Origin: Cytophagales bacterium
GTDB taxonomy: Bacteria > Bacteroidota > Bacteroidia > Cytophagales > Cyclobacteriaceae
Assembly: GCA_017303805.1 (NCBI GenBank)
Contig: JAFLBQ010000003.1
Coordinates: forward strand, 232,821-296,820
Direction of reading: 5' to 3'
Length of the DNA stretch: 64,000 bases
Shown here: in pieces, positions 57,601-64,000 of the stretch
Position numbering within the stretch: position 1 is the stretch's first letter
Layout: every line of letters starts with the position of its first letter
Made by a program: the position numbers and the translations under genes
The notes under the pieces: model-generated
Database searches by the model: none
What the model was told of the DNA's origin: nothing
The model's input: the letters and a program-made list of their open reading frames with translations, nothing else

Positions 57601-57760
57601 GCACGGCTCATAAGCCACTTAAAAGTTTCAACCCGGAGTAATTACGCTCCGGGTTTTATTTTCTCCGTACCAGTACGTATAGCAAATACCCGCAACTGGG
57701 TATAGGGCAGCAAGCACTACTACTGCACTTTTGACTACCAAACTCAAACCTGCGATACGT

Positions 57761-59398
57761 ATGAAAATTAAACTTCTGTTAGGGGCGCTTTTAGTATGTG
57801 CATCTGTTGCCAATGCCCAACAATTAGAACTGGAAAAAACTTTTAAAATCTCTCGGGCTTCGAAGCGCGGATTTTTGGCCGGGTTAGATTACGACCCTGC
57901 GGCTAAAACGTACTCCTTAACATATTTTACCGATCAGAAAAAGAACACCTTCAAATACGAGCAATATGTATTCGACAACGACTTTAATCTGGTAAGCGAA
58001 AATGAGTTTACCGAGGAAGCCGAAAAGATGAAGAAGAAATTCAAGTGGTTCAAATTTAAAGGTGAAGAATATACCGTGGTGGGTAATACGGTGGAAAATA
58101 ACATGATGGGAACGTTGGTGTTGCGCAAAAAGAAAATCACTTACAAGTATCAGTTCCTGATGGGTGGTTACAACCGCAAAGTGGAAATTCTGGATAAGGT
58201 TAAACCAAAAACCGAAGATGGCAATCGTTTTACCGGAATGAACCATGCAGAAGATGAAATGACCGGAGACTTGTTCATTCTCGCATCCGTAAAGGCTAAA
58301 ATCGGAACCAAGGGCAACGAAGATGTAGGCGCAATTAAACTACTTAAATTCGATACCGATCTGAACCTTGTTAAGAGTGCCGATTTTGATTTCCCCTACC
58401 TGCAAACTTTAGTAACTGTCCATACCTTATCGCGCGAAAACCCCGAAGATCCGGAAAGCCCGGGAATTGCCGGCATGGCATTTATTTTTGCACCTTCCAA
58501 CGCCATGGGCAAAAAATTTTCCGATCCGGATAACAACAACTTCACGTACATCCGAGTGGATGACCAATGCAACATTGTAGAGCGCTTTAGCTTTACCAGC
58601 CCCGCCAGTTACTGGCGTGTGGATGACATGCTGGTAAACAACAACGATTTTTATTTCTATGGCCCGGCTATGGCTGGCCGCGATAAATATTTTAACGAAG
58701 GGGCCGGTTCGCGCATTGGCGGTGGCGAAGTAAAATACAAAGCCGTGCAACTGATGAAAGTTTCGGGCGGTAAACTGGCTTACTTAACCGAAACTAATCT
58801 GGACGAATTTAAGGCAAAGCAGAAATTTCCACCCAGCCAACGCAAAACACCCGACTATACCGGCCGGGAGTTTGGAATTCGTTCTTACAACTTTACATCC
58901 TCAGGCGATCTGGTAATACTGGGCCAGAACTACGACAAAAGTAAAGATGGCATCATTACAAAGTTCGAAGATGTACTTGGCTTCCATTTCGATTCGAAAG
59001 GCGTGCTGAAAGCACAATATGGGATAGACACCAAAGAGAAAGGAATAACGGTGGACTACAACTACCTTTCCGGAATTGGGTACACCACCGTAACGAAGAT
59101 TACTACTGTGTACGCCTGCCCCCAAGCAATTATTGAAGGCAGTGACAAAAATTTGTATTGGGTACTACAGGAAATTAAAGGCCAGGCAAATGGAAAGCTC
59201 TTAACCTACCCGCGCATTGGCAAAGTAAACCAGAACAATGCCACGCTATCCGACCTGACCACTTTTGGTAAAGGCGAAGGCTTTTATCTTGACCCTAAGT
59301 ATCCATTTCTCGAAACCGATAAGAGCGAAACCGTGGTGTTTTTTGGTGCCGACAAGGCCGGCAAAGAATTATGGTTTGCCCGTGTAAAGTTAAAATAG
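57761..59398 (+). CDS. Hypothetical secreted beta-rich protein
   Basis: Signal peptide MKIKLLLGALLVCASVANA from ATG 57761; long clean ORF; no motif recognised. Confidence 0.7.
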   Translation: MKIKLLLGALLVCASVANAQQLELEKTFKISRASKRGFLAGLDYDPAAKTYSLTYFTDQKKNTFKYEQYVFDNDFNLVSENEFTEEAEKMKKKFKWFKFKGEEYTVVGNTVENNMMGTLVLRKKKITYKYQFLMGGYNRKVEILDKVKPKTEDGNRFTGMNHAEDEMTGDLFILASVKAKIGTKGNEDVGAIKLLKFDTDLNLVKSADFDFPYLQTLVTVHTLSRENPEDPESPGIAGMAFIFAPSNAMGKKFSDPDNNNFTYIRVDDQCNIVERFSFTSPASYWRVDDMLVNNNDFYFYGPAMAGRDKYFNEGAGSRIGGGEVKYKAVQLMKVSGGKLAYLTETNLDEFKAKQKFPPSQRKTPDYTGREFGIRSYNFTSSGDLVILGQNYDKSKDGIITKFEDVLGFHFDSKGVLKAQYGIDTKEKGITVDYNYLSGIGYTTVTKITTVYACPQAIIEGSDKNLYWVLQEIKGQANGKLLTYPRIGKVNQNNATLSDLTTFGKGEGFYLDPKYPFLETDKSETVVFFGADKAGKELWFARVKLK

Positions 59399-59418
59399 GC
59401 CAGTTGGTTGTTAACCTT

Positions 59419-59456
59419 AGAGAGTTGCTTCCGGTGAGGCAACTCTCTTTGTTTTG
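59419..59456 (+). terminator. Intrinsic terminator
   Basis: AGAGAGTTGC-TTCCGGTGAG-GCAACTCTCT followed by TTGTTTTG. Confidence 0.8.
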
Positions 59457-59532
59457 TTTAAAATTTCAAACCAACGCAGTCAGGAACTAACAGCCGTCAG
59501 TTAAAAATTCTTAACATTTTTTTTGAGTTGTG

Positions 59533-59564
59533 TTTGGAAACTCTACCAAACCACTATACGTTTG
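59533..59564 (+). promoter_or_regulatory. Canonical Bacteroidota sigma-A promoter of the Met operon
   Basis: TTTG (59533-36), 20-nt spacer, TACGTTTG (59557-64). Confidence 0.75.
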
Positions 59565-59596
59565 TGTCATCATAGTCGGTGAGGCATTTGCTGAAA

Positions 59597-59723
59597 CCGA
59601 TTTATAAAGAAGCGTGGAGAGTACAGGCTCTGAGAAACGCTAGCAACCTTCAACCGAATAAAATCGGAAAGAAACGGTGCTAAATCCTGCTCCCGGCAAG
59701 GTGCCGAGAGAACTATAAACCGG
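59597..59723 (+). ncRNA. SAM-I riboswitch
   Basis: P1 CCGATTTATA/TATAAACCGG; P2 AGCGT/ACGCT; P2b AGAG/CTCT with loop CAGG able to pseudoknot with CCTG; GCAACC; GGTGCTAAATCC; P4 CTCCCGGC/GCCGAGAG. Lies upstream of Met genes. Confidence 0.88.
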
Positions 59724-59732
59724 TAAAGTAAA

Positions 59733-59879
59733 ATGAGAACACAACTTTCCAACCTCAAAAGCCGCTCAGGTTTTCAAAGCCTGAAAAATTCACTTAAGGA
59801 TTTATTTCAACACATTCATTTCGCATTAGCGCAAATATGCAATCCTATTCCACAGGGTTGTATGTGTTGTTGCTGTTGA
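59733..59879 (+). CDS. Poly-Cys upstream ORF / putative leader peptide (48 aa)
   Basis: Manual translation: MRTQLSNLKSRSGFQSLKNSLKDLFQHIHFALAQICNPIPQGCMCCCC*. A at -3 and -6 of the ATG. Below the ORF-track size cutoff. Confidence 0.7.
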   Translation: MRTQLSNLKSRSGFQSLKNSLKDLFQHIHFALAQICNPIPQGCMCCCC

Positions 59880-60004
59880 GCTTGTTGCCCTTACAAGCGT
59901 AGCGCTTTAGGCAGCACACTAACCTATGATTATGCCAGGTGACAGGCACAGTTACGGTTACGTTTTCAACTATTTTTTTCAACAACCTTTAAAAACGCAT
60001 AGTT

Positions 60005-60439
60005 ATGTCTAATCTGAAATTTTATATCAACTCTAAAAGCGAAACCGCGGCCCGCACTGAAATAGAAACGCGCGGCTTTAAATTAATAGTAGATGAACCT
60101 GCCGAACTGGGTGGTACCAACAAGGCCCCCAACCCGGTAGAATACATTTTAGCCGGGTATGCCGGTTGCATTAACGTAGTGGCGCACCTTACCGCCAAAG
60201 AATTAAACATCGATGTGAAAGATTTACAAATCGACATTGAAGGTGATTTAAACCCGGCCCGGTTGTTTGGTACCTCTTACACCGAACGTGCCGGCTACAA
60301 AAACATCAATGTAATTCTTAAAACAAAGAACAAAATTGATGAAGTACTGAAGACCAAATGGCTGCAGGAAATTGAAAACCGGTGCCCGGTAAATGACAAC
60401 CTGCGCAATCCGACCCCAATCCAATTTTCGCTAAACTAA
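60005..60439 (+). CDS. OsmC/Ohr-family protein
   Basis: DEP.ELGG...APNPVE..LA..AGC and RCPV two-Cys pattern. Confidence 0.88.
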   Translation: MSNLKFYINSKSETAARTEIETRGFKLIVDEPAELGGTNKAPNPVEYILAGYAGCINVVAHLTAKELNIDVKDLQIDIEGDLNPARLFGTSYTERAGYKNINVILKTKNKIDEVLKTKWLQEIENRCPVNDNLRNPTPIQFSLN

Positions 60440-60494
60440 AATTGACCACCGGCCTGCTTCAAAGGGCCGCACAAAAAAAATCATAAAACTTTAA

Positions 60495-61829
<1,335 letters not shown>

Positions 61830-61830
61830 G

Positions 61831-61928
61831 CCTCACCCTAAATCCTCTCCTCAGGAGAGGGACTTTGAGTTTAAGCTAAATTGATTGTTCCGGCACCCCT
61901 CTCTTGCGGAGAGGGGCCGGGGTTGAGG
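61831..61928. repeat. REP-like palindromic element, copy 2 (BIME-like pair)
   Basis: CCTCACCCTAAATCCTCTCC-TCA-GGAGAGGGACTTT ... CCCCTCTC-TTGCG-GAGAGGGGCCGGGGTTGAGG between metY and metX. Confidence 0.75.
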
Positions 61929-61929
61929 A

Positions 61930-62973
61930 ATGAAAACAGATCAGATATATCACTTTGCCAGTGAGTTCCAGTTGGAAACCGGGGGGAAACTCCCGGCTTT
62001 CCAGCTTAAGTACACTACGCTTGGCCAATTAAATAAAGACCGGAGCAACGTAATCTGGATTTGCCATGCGCTTACCGGCAGTTCTGACTTTACAGATTGG
62101 TGGAGAGAGTTATTTACAGAAGGCACTCCGTTCGACCCGCGCGATTATTTTATTGTTTGCGCCAACACCTTAGGCGGTTGCTATGGTTCAACCGGGCCGC
62201 TCTCTATCAATCCGCAAACGGGCCAACCGTTTTATCATTCCTTTCCGGAGATTACCAACCGCGATGTAGTGCGGAGTTTTGATTTGCTGCGCCAACATTT
62301 GGGCATCCACAAAGTGCATACGCTGGTGGGTGGTTCACTGGGTGGGCAGCAAGTATTGGAGTGGGCCATTCTTCAACCTCACGTGTTTGAACGAATTATT
62401 CCCATTGCTACCAATGCCTTTCACTCGCCCTGGGGCATTGCGTTTAACGAAGCACAGCGAATGGCCATTGCAGCCGATGCCACCTGGAAACAAGAAGACC
62501 CGCGTGCCGGGGTTGAAGGCATGAAGGCGGCCCGCGCTATCGGTATGATTTCGTTTCGTACGTACGACACCTTTCAGCAAACGCAAAGCGAGAAGACAAC
62601 CAATAAAGCCGATGACTTTCGGGCCGCCTCCTACCAACGCTACCAGGGTCAGAAGTTAGCCAACCGTTTTAATGCGTTCACTTACTGGGTGCTTACCAAA
62701 ATGATGGACAGCCATCATGTTGGGCGGAACCAACCCAGCGTTGAGCATGCCCTGGCTGCAATTAAGGCCCGCACATGGGTAATTGGCATTGATACTGATT
62801 TGTTGTTTCCTGTTCGCGAGCAGGAATACCTGGCCCACCATATACCCGGGGCAAAGTTGGATACCATTACTTCGTTACACGGGCACGATGGCTTTTTGGT
62901 AGAGTTTGCTCAGTTTAAACAGAGTGTAAGAAAATTTTTAAGAACAGAAGTAAAAAAAGAAACCTTAGTATAA
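61930..62973 (+). CDS. metX: Homoserine O-acetyltransferase
   Basis: CHALTG, N.LG.CYGSTGP, GGSLGG nucleophile, D.LFP and HGHDGFL motifs. Confidence 0.93.
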   Translation: MKTDQIYHFASEFQLETGGKLPAFQLKYTTLGQLNKDRSNVIWICHALTGSSDFTDWWRELFTEGTPFDPRDYFIVCANTLGGCYGSTGPLSINPQTGQPFYHSFPEITNRDVVRSFDLLRQHLGIHKVHTLVGGSLGGQQVLEWAILQPHVFERIIPIATNAFHSPWGIAFNEAQRMAIAADATWKQEDPRAGVEGMKAARAIGMISFRTYDTFQQTQSEKTTNKADDFRAASYQRYQGQKLANRFNAFTYWVLTKMMDSHHVGRNQPSVEHALAAIKARTWVIGIDTDLLFPVREQEYLAHHIPGAKLDTITSLHGHDGFLVEFAQFKQSVRKFLRTEVKKETLV

Positions 62974-64000
62974 TGAAGAAGAAATTAAAGTTAGGCTTGT
63001 TTGGATTTGGATGTGTGGGGCAGGGCCTTTACCACGTGCTGAACGAAACCCACGGAGTGAAAGCAGAAATAAAAAAAATCTGTGTAAAGAATCGCAACAA
63101 GCACCGCATTATTGATGCGGCTTATTTTACCTACGAGGCCAACGACATTCTGAACGACCCCGAAATAGATGTGGTGGTGGAGTTGATTGACGATGCCCAT
63201 GTAGCTTTTGAAATTGTAAAGAAATCGATACACAACGGAAAGCACGTAGTTACTGCCAACAAAAAAATGCTTGCCGAACATTTGGAAGAAATCTACGAGC
63301 TGCAGCAAAAGTACGATCGTTCTATTCTTTACGAAGGAGCCGTATGCGGCAGCATTCCCATTCTTCGCAACCTCGAAGAATATTACGATAACGATCTAAT
63401 CACCAGTATTGAAGGAATCTTTAATGGTTCTACCAACTATATTCTAACCAAAGTATTTGATGAGAAGAAAAGTTATGCCGAAGCGTTGAAGGCTGCCCAG
63501 GAACTGGGCTTTGCCGAAACAGATCCTTCGTTAGATGTAAAAGGGTTTGATCCGAAATACAAACTTGCCATTGCCATTGCCCACACGTTTGGGGTATTTG
63601 TAAAGCCAGAGCATATTATCAACGTAGGTATCCAAAATATATCGGCTGTTGATCTGAAGTATGCACGCGAAAATAACCTCACCATTAAACTGGTGGCTCG
63701 CGCGCTCAAAATTAACGGTAACATTATCGGGTTTGTGGCTCCGCAATATATTCCTACAGATCATACGCTGGCTTCCGTTCGCAACGAATACAATGCCGTA
63801 TTGGTGCAAGGCGCTTTCGCGGAAAAGCAAGTGTTTATTGGTAAAGGGGCGGGTAGCTATCCTACCGGCTCGGCCGTGCTATCGGATATTTCGGCCTTAA
63901 CTTTCGACTATCGGTACGAGTATAAAAAATATACCCAGGGCGATGGGCTTCCTTTCTCCAACGATGCCCTGGTAGATGTGGTGGTTAGCTTCCCGGAAGG
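62973..64000 (+). CDS. hom: Homoserine dehydrogenase (3' end outside window)
   Basis: Manual translation from the TAATG overlap: MKKKLKLGLFGFGCVGQG, VVTANK, YEGAVCGSIP, GIFNGSTNYILT, GFAETDP..DV.G.D..K and GKGAG..PTGSAV.SDI. Confidence 0.93.
   Translation, partial: MKKKLKLGLFGFGCVGQGLYHVLNETHGVKAEIKKICVKNRNKHRIIDAAYFTYEANDILNDPEIDVVVELIDDAHVAFEIVKKSIHNGKHVVTANKKMLAEHLEEIYELQQKYDRSILYEGAVCGSIPILRNLEEYYDNDLITSIEGIFNGSTNYILTKVFDEKKSYAEALKAAQELGFAETDPSLDVKGFDPKYKLAIAIAHTFGVFVKPEHIINVGIQNISAVDLKYARENNLTIKLVARALKINGNIIGFVAPQYIPTDHTLASVRNEYNAVLVQGAFAEKQVFIGKGAGSYPTGSAVLSDISALTFDYRYEYKKYTQGDGLPFSNDALVDVVVSFPE

Noticed and set aside
59570-59758. 62-aa minus-strand ORF
   Set aside because: It is antisense to the SAM-I riboswitch and has no coding features.
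59766-59784. TCAGG...CCTGA hairpin as the riboswitch terminator
   Set aside because: It is followed by an A-run rather than a U-run on the sense strand and lies inside the uORF.

Overview
Chromosomal window of a Bacteroidota genome, most likely Cytophagales (inference from TAnnTTTG promoters, a long SecA, a short CarB and a Cys-type CcmE). It is mostly housekeeping DNA: nucleotide-sugar genes (rfbBCA, galE, wecA-like), pheS, cytochrome c maturation (ccmBCD-EF), carB, two beta-L-arabinofuranosidases, dapF-secA, deoC-gapN-acyP, lpdA, fabG and a methionine operon (osmC-like, metY, metX, hom) cut by the window end. No rRNA, tRNA, CRISPR array, transposase or integrase was seen. Three features missed by the ORF track stand out. 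(1) A canonical promoter and SAM-I riboswitch are followed directly by an unannotated 48-aa uORF ending CMCCCC* ahead of the Met operon, a candidate two-input SAM plus cysteine control element. (2) A ~1.5 kb integron-like cassette array without integrase splits the ccm operon; it has attC-like sites, a lipocalin cassette and an internally deleted UvrD helicase with a zinc ribbon. (3) A plant L-arabinokinase-type GHMP kinase is coupled to galT near the GH127/GH146 genes, suggesting a Leloir-like L-arabinose route. All family assignments come from motif recognition by eye; no database searches or folding programs were run.
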